Virus genome (UHGV): UHGV-0073014
Strand: one strand, 5' to 3'
DNA: 33,091 nucleotides
Origin: a virus
Positions 17,784-26,777 of this stretch are shown piece after piece. A model generated the notes under the pieces. It saw only the letters and a program-made list of their open reading frames with translations, was not told the origin of the DNA and made no database searches. A program made the position numbers and the translations under genes. Every line of letters begins with the position of its first letter. Within the stretch, counting starts at the first letter, position 1.

Positions 17784-18617
17784 TCAGCAATTGGTCAGAG
17801 TGTCAGCGGGGGCGTTACCGCCTGTTGCACGCTGGCGGTAGTCCTGGCGGCTGTCTTCATGACTCAGCTTGTCCACCAGTTCGTTAAAGGCGGTCTGCTG
17901 TGCCTGCAGGGCAGTCTCCAGCTCAGACAGGCGTTCTTCCTGCTCAGACAGGGATTTTTCGGTGCGTGCGCTCAGGTTTTGCTGCTCAGTGGCGACCAGC
18001 TCCACGGCCTTATGCACATCAGAGAACCGGGCGTCATCGGACTGCTCTTTTTTGGTAAACAGCGCCGTGACGCGGGCAAACAGGGACGGTTTGTCGTCCT
18101 GGATTTCTTCCAGTTCGATCACCGTTTCCTCTGCAGCGGTAAAGAGATTGGCAGGATTCTGCTTGCGGTTTGCCAGCGGGTTATGGGCTGCACTGGCGCT
18201 GAATGTCAGCATTTCCGTACCCAGACTGGCAGGGTCATCAGTGGCAGCCAGGCCGACCAGGTAGGCTTTGCCCGTATCAGCGAACTTCGGGCTGACTTCC
18301 ATAGAGGTGAATAATTTCTGGCCTTTTTTCACCAGTTCCACCAGGGACTCCGTTGGCTCAACGTCGGCATACAGCGCCATCTTGCCTGCCAGCGGACCTT
18401 CCGTGATTTCTTCAGCAAACAGCGCCGTCACCTTGCCGTAGCGGTTAAAGGTGCTGTCCGGCAGATAAGACTTGATGTGCTCAAGGTTAATCAGCGCGGT
18501 ATACACCGCCGGGTTGTAGCTGGCTGCCATCTGTTCCAGCCATTCACGCTGGATTTCGCGTCCGTCGGTGGTGGCACCTTCCACCCCGATGCGAAAACGC
18601 TTTGCTTTCACTGTCAT
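17784..18617 (-). CDS. O: capsid scaffold protein O
   Basis: 277 aa ORF, acidic coiled-coil-like C-terminal region; P2 gpO position. Confidence 0.85.
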   Translation of the reverse strand: MTVKAKRFRIGVEGATTDGREIQREWLEQMAASYNPAVYTALINLEHIKSYLPDSTFNRYGKVTALFAEEITEGPLAGKMALYADVEPTESLVELVKKGQKLFTSMEVSPKFADTGKAYLVGLAATDDPASLGTEMLTFSASAAHNPLANRKQNPANLFTAAEETVIELEEIQDDKPSLFARVTALFTKKEQSDDARFSDVHKAVELVATEQQNLSARTEKSLSEQEERLSELETALQAQQTAFNELVDKLSHEDSRQDYRQRATGGNAPADTLTNC

Positions 18618-18695
18618 GAGCCGTGCTCCGTTAGAAAAAACTTACTGGAGCCTTATGGTTGCGGTGATGGGGGCAGTGAAACAATGCGCGGTATT

Positions 18696-18713
18696 TGTAC
18701 CGACAACCACACA
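18696..18713. promoter_or_regulatory. late-promoter activator dyad TGT-N12-ACA in the divergent O/P intergenic region
   Basis: TGTaccgacaaccacACA between the O start (18617) and the P start (18760). Confidence 0.5.
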
Positions 18714-18759
18714 AACCGCAGGCGGGGAAAGCCTTCATTCAAGGCTGTAGGTTTGTGCC

Positions 18760-20526
18760 ATGAACACCACACTGACACCCGCAGATCTCGATCCCCGTCG
18801 GCAGGCCATGCTGCTGTACTTTCAGGGATACCGCGTAGCCCGCATTGCTGAAATGCTGGGCGAGAAAGTTGCAACCGTTCACAGCTGGAAAAAACGCGAC
18901 AAGTGGGGTGACTATGGGCCGCTGGATCAGATGCAGCTCACCACCGCCGCACGCTACTGCCAGCTCATTATGAAGGAGCACAAAGAAGGGAAAGATTTCA
19001 AAGAGATTGACCTGCTGGCGCGCCAGTCGGAGCGCCATGCGCGGATCGGCAAGTTTAACAATGGCGGCAACGAAGCCGACTTAAACCCTAACGTCGCCAA
19101 CCGCAACAAAGGCCCGCGCCGTCAGCCGGAAAAGAACGTTTTCACCGATGAACAGATTGAGAAGCTGGAAGAAATCTTCCATTCCTCCATGTTCAACTAC
19201 CAGCGCCACTGGTGGGAAGCCGGAAAAACCAACCGCATCCGCAACCTGCTGAAGTCACGCCAGATCGGCGCGACCTTCTATTTTGCCCGTGAAGCCCTGA
19301 TTGACGCCCTGCTAACCGGGCGTAACCAGATTTTCCTTTCCGCCAGTAAGGCACAGGCCCACGTCTTTAAGCAGTACATCATCGACTTCGCCAAAGAAGT
19401 GGAGGTGGAGCTGAAAGGCGATCCGATGGTGCTTCCTAACGGGGCCACGCTGTACTTCCTCGGCACCAATGCCCGCACGGCCCAGAGTTACCACGGCAAC
19501 CTGTATCTGGATGAATATTTCTGGATACCGAAATTCCAGGAGCTGCGCAAAGTGGCTTCCGGTATGGCTATTCACAAGAAATGGCGACAGACCTATTTTT
19601 CCACGCCATCCAGTCTGACACACAGTGCTTATCCGTTCTGGTCCGGTGCGCTGTTCAACCGTGGGCGCAACAGAGCCGATAAGGTGGACATCGACCTGTC
19701 CCACAGCAATCTGGCCCCCGGCCTGCTGTGCGCAGACGGGCAATACCGCCAGATAGTCACCGTGGAAGATGCGGTGCGCGGCGGCTGTAACCTGTTCGAC
19801 CTTGACCAGTTGCGCATGGAGTACAGCCCTGACGAATACCAGAACTTGCTGATGTGCGAGTTCGTGGACGATCTCGCGTCCGTGTTCCCGCTCAGCGAAT
19901 TGCAGGCGTGCATGGTGGACAGCTGGGAAGTCTGGACCGACTTTCATGCACTGGCCCTGCGCCCGTTTGGCTGGCGCGAAGTGTGGATCGGTTATGACCC
20001 GGCAAAAGGTACGCAGAACGGCGACAGCGCCGGATGCGTGGTGGTGGCACCGCCAGCCGTGCCAGGCGGTAAGTTCCGCATTCTTGAGCGTCACCAGTGG
20101 CGCGGAATGGACTTTCGCGCCCAGGCTGACGCCATCAAAAAACTGACCGAACAGTACAACGTGACCTATATCGGCATCGACTCAACCGGCGTTGGTCACG
20201 GGGTTTACGAGAACGTGAAAGCGTTTTTTCCTGCCGTCCGGGAGTTTGTCTACAACCCCAACGTTAAAAACGCCCTGGTACTCAAGGCCTACGACATTAT
20301 CAGCCACCGCCGTCTTGAGTTTGACGCCGGGCACACCGACATTGCGCAGTCATTCATGGCAATCCGTCGCGCCACCACCGCCAGCGGCAACCGCCCGACC
20401 TATGAAGCCAGCCGCAGCGAAGAAGCCAGCCATGCCGATCTGGCCTGGGCAACAATGCACGCACTGTTTAACGAACCACTGCAGGGCGAGTCCGCCAATA
20501 CCAGCAATATTGTGGAGATTTTTTGA
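18760..20526 (+). CDS. P: terminase large (ATPase) subunit P
   Basis: 588 aa ORF, P2 gpP-like, divergent from O. Confidence 0.9.
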   Translation: MNTTLTPADLDPRRQAMLLYFQGYRVARIAEMLGEKVATVHSWKKRDKWGDYGPLDQMQLTTAARYCQLIMKEHKEGKDFKEIDLLARQSERHARIGKFNNGGNEADLNPNVANRNKGPRRQPEKNVFTDEQIEKLEEIFHSSMFNYQRHWWEAGKTNRIRNLLKSRQIGATFYFAREALIDALLTGRNQIFLSASKAQAHVFKQYIIDFAKEVEVELKGDPMVLPNGATLYFLGTNARTAQSYHGNLYLDEYFWIPKFQELRKVASGMAIHKKWRQTYFSTPSSLTHSAYPFWSGALFNRGRNRADKVDIDLSHSNLAPGLLCADGQYRQIVTVEDAVRGGCNLFDLDQLRMEYSPDEYQNLLMCEFVDDLASVFPLSELQACMVDSWEVWTDFHALALRPFGWREVWIGYDPAKGTQNGDSAGCVVVAPPAVPGGKFRILERHQWRGMDFRAQADAIKKLTEQYNVTYIGIDSTGVGHGVYENVKAFFPAVREFVYNPNVKNALVLKAYDIISHRRLEFDAGHTDIAQSFMAIRRATTASGNRPTYEASRSEEASHADLAWATMHALFNEPLQGESANTSNIVEIF

Positions 20527-21551
20527 TGGGAAAGAGTAAGAAGAACCGCGCTACGGCGACGAAACAGATCCAGCATAAAAACCAGACTTCAGCCGAAGCA
20601 TTCAGCTTCGGTGATCCCGTTCCTGTTCTGGACCGCCGCGAACTGCTGGACTATGTGGAATGCGTACAGATGGACCGTTGGTATGAGCCACCAGTGAGTT
20701 TCGACGGTCTGGCGCGAACCTTCCGCGCCGCCGTACACCACAGCTCACCGATTGCAGTAAAGTGCAACATTCTGACCAGCACCTATATCCCTCACCCGTT
20801 GCTCAGCCAGCAGGCTTTTTCACGTTTTGTGCAGGACTATCTGGTATTTGGTAATGCCTACCTGGAGAAACGCACGAACCGCTTCGGTGAAGTTATCGCC
20901 CTTGAACCTGCCCTGGCAAAATACACTCGACGCGGATTAGACCTGGATACCTACTGGTTTGTGCAATACGGTATGGCAACCCAGCCGTATCAGTTCACGA
21001 AAGGCAGCATCTTTCATCTGATGGAACCGGATATTAATCAGGAGATCTACGGCCTGCCTGGCTATCTTTCTGCTATTCCATCCGCTCTGCTCAACGAGTC
21101 CGCAACGCTGTTCCGCCGGAAGTATTACATTAACGGCAGTCATGCAGGCTTCATCATGTACATGACCGATGCCGCGCAAAACCAGGAGGATGTGAACAAC
21201 CTCCGCAACGCAATGAAAAGCGCCAAAGGACCGGGTAACTTCCGCAACCTGTTTATGTACTCGCCTAACGGCAAAAAGGATGGGCTTCAGATCATTCCTC
21301 TGTCAGAAGTCGCGGCGAAGGATGAGTTTCTGAATATCAAAAATGTCAGCCGCGATGACATGATGGCAGCACATCGCGTACCGCCTCAGATGATGGGAAT
21401 TTTGCCGAATAATGTTGGTGGTTTTGGTGATGTGGAGAAGGCGAGCTGCGTCTTCGTAAGAAATGAACTATTACCACTTCAAAAAAGATTCATGGAAATA
21501 AACAGATGGCTTGGTCATGAAATTATAAATTTTGAAATATATACATTATAA
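20523..21551 (+). CDS. Q: portal protein Q; last ~30 codons are AT-rich
   Basis: 342 aa ORF, P2 gpQ-like; DNA composition turns AT-rich from about 21458. Confidence 0.85.
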   Translation: MMGKSKKNRATATKQIQHKNQTSAEAFSFGDPVPVLDRRELLDYVECVQMDRWYEPPVSFDGLARTFRAAVHHSSPIAVKCNILTSTYIPHPLLSQQAFSRFVQDYLVFGNAYLEKRTNRFGEVIALEPALAKYTRRGLDLDTYWFVQYGMATQPYQFTKGSIFHLMEPDINQEIYGLPGYLSAIPSALLNESATLFRRKYYINGSHAGFIMYMTDAAQNQEDVNNLRNAMKSAKGPGNFRNLFMYSPNGKKDGLQIIPLSEVAAKDEFLNIKNVSRDDMMAAHRVPPQMMGILPNNVGGFGDVEKASCVFVRNELLPLQKRFMEINRWLGHEIINFEIYTL

Positions 21552-21556
21552 AACCC

Positions 21557-21579
21557 AACGGCATCACAATGATGCCGTT
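21557..21579. terminator. hairpin between convergent Q and the PIN-like gene, possibly bidirectional terminator
   Basis: AACGGCATC-ACAAT-GATGCCGTT, 9 bp stem with T/A-rich flanks on both strands. Confidence 0.5.
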
Positions 21580-21588
21580 ATGAACTAA

Positions 21589-22650
21589 TTAATATTCAAA
21601 ATTATTTTCTTCAATAGAGAACTCAATCCCTCGGGATAACTTATCAATATTCACATCAAATGCGATATCTGTTAATTCACCATCCTCGATTTCATACATA
21701 ACTTCAATTTCAATATCGAAACTAATCTCTTGAACTTCAGTTCGTGTGGTTGTCTCCATTGGAATCATTACTTTATCTTCGCTATCCCAATACCCATTAT
21801 TAAAGTCTGGACCAGAAACAGTAACTTCAAAATCTACAGAAACAGAGAAGGTCGCTAGACAATAATTATTGTTAATCTTAATTATTGATGGTTCAAAGTC
21901 ATCAATATTGACGACTTCAAATGAATCCAATTCAGCGTCTTCCCAAGTTGAAACGTTATATCCATCGGCATCATTGAGTTGGGCAATTACGTCCGCTCTT
22001 ATGTCTTCACGTTTGCTTTCGATAAACTGCATCAATTTATTACTTAATTCGTTTGTATGCGTATTGTATTCACCTAGAAACTTATCAAGTGAATCAATTT
22101 GATGAAGATTGTTTTTACCATCACAATAATTTTTTAAGTCACTATCCTCAGAAATGATATACACATCTTCATCATTAACAAATCGCTCTACCGCAGCTAA
22201 AGTGATTGCATCAGGAAACTCACTTTTTTTCTTATTTTGCCCAAATGGTGGTTCTTTGCCAAAGTATTTATCTAAAACCTCATTAAGATCTATTACTTCT
22301 ATTGTAGCTAATTTGGCGTGACATCCTTTCAAAAAATCATCAAAAACTTTTTGTGCTGCTTCGTGAATTTCATGTTCGTTAAATTGCTGAAAAAAACCAT
22401 GGAGCGGTCCATTATCAATACTATTCAAAAGCCTAGCTTTTCTTTGTACTGTGTTTATAGCCTGCAGAGCATCCTTTATTGATTCCTCTATTTTACCTTT
22501 TACTTCTCTCTCTACAACTGTAGTTGTAATTAAGACTAAATCACCTTTCGCACATAATTCATGGAAAGCTTTAAATGCTACCCCCTCAAAATGAAGACCA
22601 GCCTTTACGTACGTTTGTGTGTCAATAAATACCTTATTTGTTTTAAGCAT
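21589..22650 (-). CDS. PIN-like-domain protein with acidic beta-rich C-terminal domain; candidate defence/cargo gene
   Basis: 353 aa; N-terminus KVFIDTQTYV...LVLITTTVVEREVKGKIEE...EFPDAITLAAV...DVYIISEDSD fits a PIN-like nuclease pattern (conserved D, E, D); AT-rich; sits between portal Q and cos; candidate sigma70 promoter TTGATT-N17-TAATCT upstream. Confidence 0.6.
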   Translation of the reverse strand: MLKTNKVFIDTQTYVKAGLHFEGVAFKAFHELCAKGDLVLITTTVVEREVKGKIEESIKDALQAINTVQRKARLLNSIDNGPLHGFFQQFNEHEIHEAAQKVFDDFLKGCHAKLATIEVIDLNEVLDKYFGKEPPFGQNKKKSEFPDAITLAAVERFVNDEDVYIISEDSDLKNYCDGKNNLHQIDSLDKFLGEYNTHTNELSNKLMQFIESKREDIRADVIAQLNDADGYNVSTWEDAELDSFEVVNIDDFEPSIIKINNNYCLATFSVSVDFEVTVSGPDFNNGYWDSEDKVMIPMETTTRTEVQEISFDIEIEVMYEIEDGELTDIAFDVNIDKLSRGIEFSIEENNFEY

Positions 22651-22775
22651 ACTAATCCTAATAAGTTTTAAGATCCGCTACAATTGTTTATGTTTATTTT
22701 TTATCAATAATCATACGTAGTTAAGATTATCCATGTCGAAAAATTAAATCAACTTCAATTTATCCTTAAGCGCGC

Positions 22776-22794
22776 GCTCGTATCCCCGCCACGC
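22776..22794 (-). other. cos-like cohesive-end sequence
   Basis: Minus strand reads GGCGTGGCGGGGATACGAG, close to the P2/186 19-nt cohesive end (GGCG(A/T)GGCGGGGAAAGCA-), recalled from memory; GC-rich patch within AT-rich cargo. Confidence 0.6.
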
Positions 22795-22843
22795 CTGCCC
22801 GCTTTGTGTAGTGGTTTTCATGCACCTGCATGACATAAGCAAA

Positions 22844-22863
22844 AGCCCGCCAGCTCTGGCGGG
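22844..22863 (-). terminator. Rho-independent terminator for minus-strand transcription from the HNH gene
   Basis: GCCCGCCA-GAGC-TGGCGGGC followed by TTTTGCTT on the minus strand. Confidence 0.6.
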
Positions 22864-22977
22864 CATCAGCAAAAACGATCCTCAAACGATCATGCGATTT
22901 CATGCGGCATAGACATGCGTTGGCAAAAATGCACGAAATACTCAGCTTATAGGAAATGGTCTTTTTCCAACCTCCAG

Positions 22978-23697
22978 TTAGCCAAAGCAGAAACCAATAT
23001 TGCAATTTGAAACTCCACAGTTGTGAAATTGATGTGGACCGACTCTTAGCTTGTGTTCGTCTCCTACAATCCGAGTCCCCTTAACCAACATATCTAATCT
23101 TTCCACAATCAATCTTTCAGGCGCATCAACTTTAATAATTAAACGAGGACCTTTCCTTTTTTCTATAATAGTTATTCTAGGACCGACAACCTGAACATCC
23201 CAATGCCTTGCACTACATACCCACTCATTCTTAATTAATTCAAGATTAACAATACCTTGACTATCGTAAAATTTACCCGAAATAAGAAAAGCATTATTTT
23301 CTTTTTCAATGGTTAACAATGGCTCATTTTGAAACATTATTGGTACAGTACAGGATTCAAACGTCGCACCACCAAATATTATTGTTGGATGCCTATCAGA
23401 AAAGTCCAATATATCGGCCACATTCCCTTTTTGTAAGGCTGCAGGAGATTCCATTGCTTTAATGATTTTCTCTTTAGAGTAAAGACGTTTCGTTACTTTC
23501 GCATGACACGTAGGACAAAGTAGTGCTATTGCATTTGGAGAGTGCTCCTTTGCATCAGCGTATGTGGGAATTACATGCTCATACTCAACAATGGGAGAAG
23601 CACAAACAACGCAACCGAAGCCACAGCGCTGCCTTACCTCCAGTTTTACAGGTTCAGGAATTGTTCTAGATAACCCATGCTTGTTAATAGTTGTCAT
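22978..23697 (-). CDS. HNH-endonuclease-domain protein with unknown C-terminal domain; candidate defence gene
   Basis: 239 aa; CGFGCVVC...EYEHVIP...NAIALLCPTCHAKVTK fits the HNH zinc-finger nuclease motif; AT-rich; SD AAGGTAAGG before the ATG; lies between the SOS operon and cos. Confidence 0.65.
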   Translation of the reverse strand: MTTINKHGLSRTIPEPVKLEVRQRCGFGCVVCASPIVEYEHVIPTYADAKEHSPNAIALLCPTCHAKVTKRLYSKEKIIKAMESPAALQKGNVADILDFSDRHPTIIFGGATFESCTVPIMFQNEPLLTIEKENNAFLISGKFYDSQGIVNLELIKNEWVCSARHWDVQVVGPRITIIEKRKGPRLIIKVDAPERLIVERLDMLVKGTRIVGDEHKLRVGPHQFHNCGVSNCNIGFCFG

Positions 23698-23735
23698 AAC
23701 CTTACCTTAAAACTTCGAGAAACCTTTTATATATT

Positions 23736-23750
23736 GATACTATATCAACT
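23736..23750. promoter_or_regulatory. palindrome TTGATA-CTA-TATCAA upstream of the HNH gene (possible operator or promoter element)
   Basis: Perfect 6 bp inverted arms with a 3 bp spacer, about 50 bp upstream of the HNH start. Confidence 0.3.
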
Positions 23751-23819
23751 AACGCCTCGCACAGCTCGTTGTTCAACCTTGCTGACGCCAGAAGCAAGTT
23801 CAGACGCCAGCAACGTTTC

Positions 23820-24053
23820 TTAATGCAGCCAGCTGTCGTCTTCCCACACCTTCTGCATAATTTTCATCACTTGTTTTCTTTCTTCGTCCAGTTGCAGTCC
23901 GGTCAGTTCCACACCGTTAGAGCTACCTTTACGGATACGAATTACCGTTTTGGGATACAGGGGGCGCAGATTGCGGTAAAGCTCGGATTCAAGGGCGTCC
24001 AGGGTAGACTGGCTAATCTTCTGCTCTTTATCGATCATTATTTCAATGCGCAT
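23820..24053 (-). CDS. DinI-family protein
   Basis: About 77 aa starting MRIEIMIDKE; resembles E. coli DinI (MRIEVTIAK...); SD GAGGTG upstream. Confidence 0.75.
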   Translation of the reverse strand: MRIEIMIDKEQKISQSTLDALESELYRNLRPLYPKTVIRIRKGSSNGVELTGLQLDEERKQVMKIMQKVWEDDSWLH

Positions 24054-24063
24054 AAAAGTCACC

Positions 24064-24252
24064 TCAGCTGATGACATCCATTGAGCGATTGTATTCGTGG
24101 GTTCTGATTTTCGCCATGAGTTCATCAGTCAGTTCAGAAACCCACTGCAAAGCCAGCCCCTTCTCTTCATCACTACACTCACTAGCCGCTACAAGCTTAA
24201 GAAAAAAATCAATGCGCTGGAGCTTCAAAGACTCCAAAAAATAGTCCTGCAT
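24064..24252 (-). CDS. small SOS-controlled protein, possible Tum-like antirepressor
   Basis: 62 aa, strong SD AGGAGG 5 nt before the ATG, directly downstream of a LexA box; the Tum assignment is by genomic context only. Confidence 0.5.
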   Translation of the reverse strand: MQDYFLESLKLQRIDFFLKLVAASECSDEEKGLALQWVSELTDELMAKIRTHEYNRSMDVIS

Positions 24253-24294
24253 CTTTCCTCCTATGACACCAAAGCAATACTGTATACATAACCA

Positions 24295-24310
24295 CTGTTT
24301 ATATTTACAG
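24295..24310 (-). promoter_or_regulatory. LexA (SOS) box overlapping the -10 of the promoter of the small-ORF/DinI operon
   Basis: Minus strand CTGTAAATATAAACAG (CTGT-N8-ACAG), with TTTACA upstream and TATACT overlapping the box as -35/-10 candidates. Confidence 0.75.
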
Positions 24311-24404
24311 TATATAATAATCTTACTGATGTAAAACGTTTTTTTACGCTGATCAGCCTGATATGCCTGGTATTATTAAGAGCACGAATTGTTAACCCGC
24401 GTAA

Positions 24405-26777
24405 TTAATACAGGTTTCGCCACTTATCATCTTCCTGCAAACGCTGGTTCCGATAGAAGATACGCAGGCCTGCTCCTGACGGAATACTGCCGCCGCGAAG
24501 CAGTAAATCGACCTCTTTCTCGCTGCCATCAAATCCCCTGGACTTCAGTTCATACACGAGCTGCTGTCGCTGATGATCTGTAATTCGCTGTTTGTAGTCT
24601 TTACGCCGTTTCGGTTTCACCAAGCGTAACCTTGCTGCCAGTTCCCGGCGCTCTTTTTTGCTCATACTGTGCAGGTAATCGTGCAACTCCTTGTCATCCA
24701 TGCGGGTGATATCCGTTCTGGTATCTCCATCAGCTGATTTGTCTTTCCCTTGTTGGTACAAATTTTCAGCAAGGGGACAGTTATTGCCACGAGTCCAAGG
24801 GGCGCAAGCGCCCTGGTCGGCTGCCGCCTCCTGAACATCAACGGCCTTACGAACCATTTTCCACTTCACGGCATGAGTGCAGATCTTGCCCTCTGCAATA
24901 GGTGACCAGATGCCATAAATACGAATGCCGTGATCGCCATAGGCGGTCGGCTCTTCGTTGATTTCATAAGCGGTTCTGATGAGGTGATATTTGCGGGGAA
25001 CCAGTACGCCGCCCTGCTTCATGATGTAGGTGGCAAAACAACCAGCATCAGCAGCAGCCAGGATGGCATCAAGGCGCGGGTTATCCAGTACCGGCGCACC
25101 TGCTTTTTTGTCCCCCTGTTGCCTTGCCGCCTGACCAGCCAGCAATCGCAGTTCACGGTAAGCCTGACGCCCCGGAATGCCAAAGAAGCGGAATTGCTGA
25201 ACACGATGCAGAGACGCCCAGGCATTAACGTATTCAGCATTATCACGCAGGGATTTCCCCGTTTCCTTGCTGATCTCGCCAGCCAGACCACGCCCGTCAA
25301 TGTTCTTACTGATGTATTTCGCGATGTAGCTTGTTGGCGTACCTTTGCGCGGGTTAATCAACTCAGACTTAAAGCGCGGCCCAGTGTTATTGCCCAGTTC
25401 CTCGCGGTCTTCACGGATGGCAAACTTACGCAGTAATGCAGTGATGGCGCGGCGGTCTTTTTTGCGCATAAAACACAACAGGTGCCAGTGAACTGTACCG
25501 TCATGATGCGGCTCAGCCACCCGCACGCCATACCACCGCAATCCGGCTTTGTGCATCGCCTTACGAAATGTAGCAAACATGCCGACCAGATAATCACTGC
25601 TTTGTCTTACCGTCGCATTTGTCCAGGTCGGGTTGGGCCTGCCATTATTTAGCGTGGAATGGAAACGTGACGGACAGGTGATGGTGTAGAAAACGGCGCA
25701 GTCACCGCGCATTTCCGCGATAAGCTCCAGGCCTTTAACACAGGCCATCATCTCATTGCGGCGATGCGCAGGGTTGCTGCTGCTGGCGTTTACCACATCC
25801 TCCATGTCCAGCGTGTCGCCGTCTTCGTTCACCAGTTCATGAGAACGAAAAAACTCCAGCGACTTACGGCGCTGCTCACGTTTATGCATCACGGCTTCAT
25901 AGCTGACATAGGGAGATGCTTTTTTGCTGACCAGGCAGACAGCACGCAACTGCTCTTCCCGCCATTCGCAACGCATCTTCCATAATTTCCGGTACCACCA
26001 GTCAGCGCACAACATACGCGCCAGCGAACCCGGAATGAGTTCATAGGGCACGGGTTTACGGCGGTTTCTTTTCCGGCGGAGTTGCTCAAACGCAGGCGGG
26101 ATGACATCCAGACGCAGGGTTTCCGCTGCCACCTTTTCCCATGTCTTGCGGATTTCTTCTGGCTTAACGTCATCGGTGACATACAAATCGCCACAAGCTG
26201 CATCAAGGCACATGCTCATATGCGCAGCTACCAGGGTGGACAGGCGTTTCACCTGATCCTGACTCATTTCAGGCAGGATCAGCAGGCCGTCCAGCCCTTC
26301 ATGGCTTGCCATAAAGCGAAAAGAAGTGGATAGCTGACAGTCGCGTACATGCTCCAGCCGTTCCAGACATGGCTTAATCGTCTCACGCAAATAGCGGGAA
26401 TAAGCCTTTGGCCTGCCCAGGCTGCTGAAGTATTCAATACGTTGCATCAGCGGCTTGCTGATATGGGAAGGCTGGGCATTGACGTCCGCCAGAATGACCA
26501 TATCTGGATTAAAACGCTGCTGCTCATGCGCCAGCTTTGCCCGACTAATGAGCTTATCCTGCTCCATTTCGCGCTGGACAGGATCACGGGATTCATTAAA
26601 GAAATAACGCTCCCAGACCTGATCGCTCAGTGCCTCGCGGCGCAGCTGTTCCTGCTCGTTATCGGCAGCGTACAGAGCGATCAGGTTTGAAAGCGCAGAA
26701 ACTGAAGATTGCTCTTCTGTCTCTACGTAAGGATTGATTGCTTTTTTCTCAGCATTCCAGGAATAGCTGTAGTTCAT
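24405..26777 (-). CDS. A: replication initiation protein A (rolling-circle nickase, P2 gpA-like)
   Basis: About 790 aa; start taken at MNYSYSW (26777), overlapping the stop of the upstream gene. Confidence 0.85.
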   Translation of the reverse strand: MNYSYSWNAEKKAINPYVETEEQSSVSALSNLIALYAADNEQEQLRREALSDQVWERYFFNESRDPVQREMEQDKLISRAKLAHEQQRFNPDMVILADVNAQPSHISKPLMQRIEYFSSLGRPKAYSRYLRETIKPCLERLEHVRDCQLSTSFRFMASHEGLDGLLILPEMSQDQVKRLSTLVAAHMSMCLDAACGDLYVTDDVKPEEIRKTWEKVAAETLRLDVIPPAFEQLRRKRNRRKPVPYELIPGSLARMLCADWWYRKLWKMRCEWREEQLRAVCLVSKKASPYVSYEAVMHKREQRRKSLEFFRSHELVNEDGDTLDMEDVVNASSSNPAHRRNEMMACVKGLELIAEMRGDCAVFYTITCPSRFHSTLNNGRPNPTWTNATVRQSSDYLVGMFATFRKAMHKAGLRWYGVRVAEPHHDGTVHWHLLCFMRKKDRRAITALLRKFAIREDREELGNNTGPRFKSELINPRKGTPTSYIAKYISKNIDGRGLAGEISKETGKSLRDNAEYVNAWASLHRVQQFRFFGIPGRQAYRELRLLAGQAARQQGDKKAGAPVLDNPRLDAILAAADAGCFATYIMKQGGVLVPRKYHLIRTAYEINEEPTAYGDHGIRIYGIWSPIAEGKICTHAVKWKMVRKAVDVQEAAADQGACAPWTRGNNCPLAENLYQQGKDKSADGDTRTDITRMDDKELHDYLHSMSKKERRELAARLRLVKPKRRKDYKQRITDHQRQQLVYELKSRGFDGSEKEVDLLLRGGSIPSGAGLRIFYRNQRLQEDDKWRNLY

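Noticed and set aside
17225-17887. Plus-strand 220 aa ORF across the N/O junction
   Set aside because: Antisense to the capsid gene; no start context; overlaps two conserved genes.
19312-20094. Minus-strand 260 aa ORF inside terminase gene P
   Set aside because: Antisense shadow ORF within a conserved 588 aa terminase gene; His/Arg/Val-rich, no RBS.
22766-23005. 79 aa minus-strand ORF spanning the cos-like sequence and terminator hairpin
   Set aside because: Covers the GC-rich cos patch and a terminator stem-loop with no SD; more likely a non-coding cos region.
23820-24252. The 62 aa ORF and the DinI-like ORF as a single frameshifted tum gene
   Set aside because: Each ORF has its own strong SD and ATG (AGGAGG at 24252, GAGGTG at 24053) and they are in different frames, so two coupled genes is the simpler reading; a 186-like fused Tum cannot be excluded.
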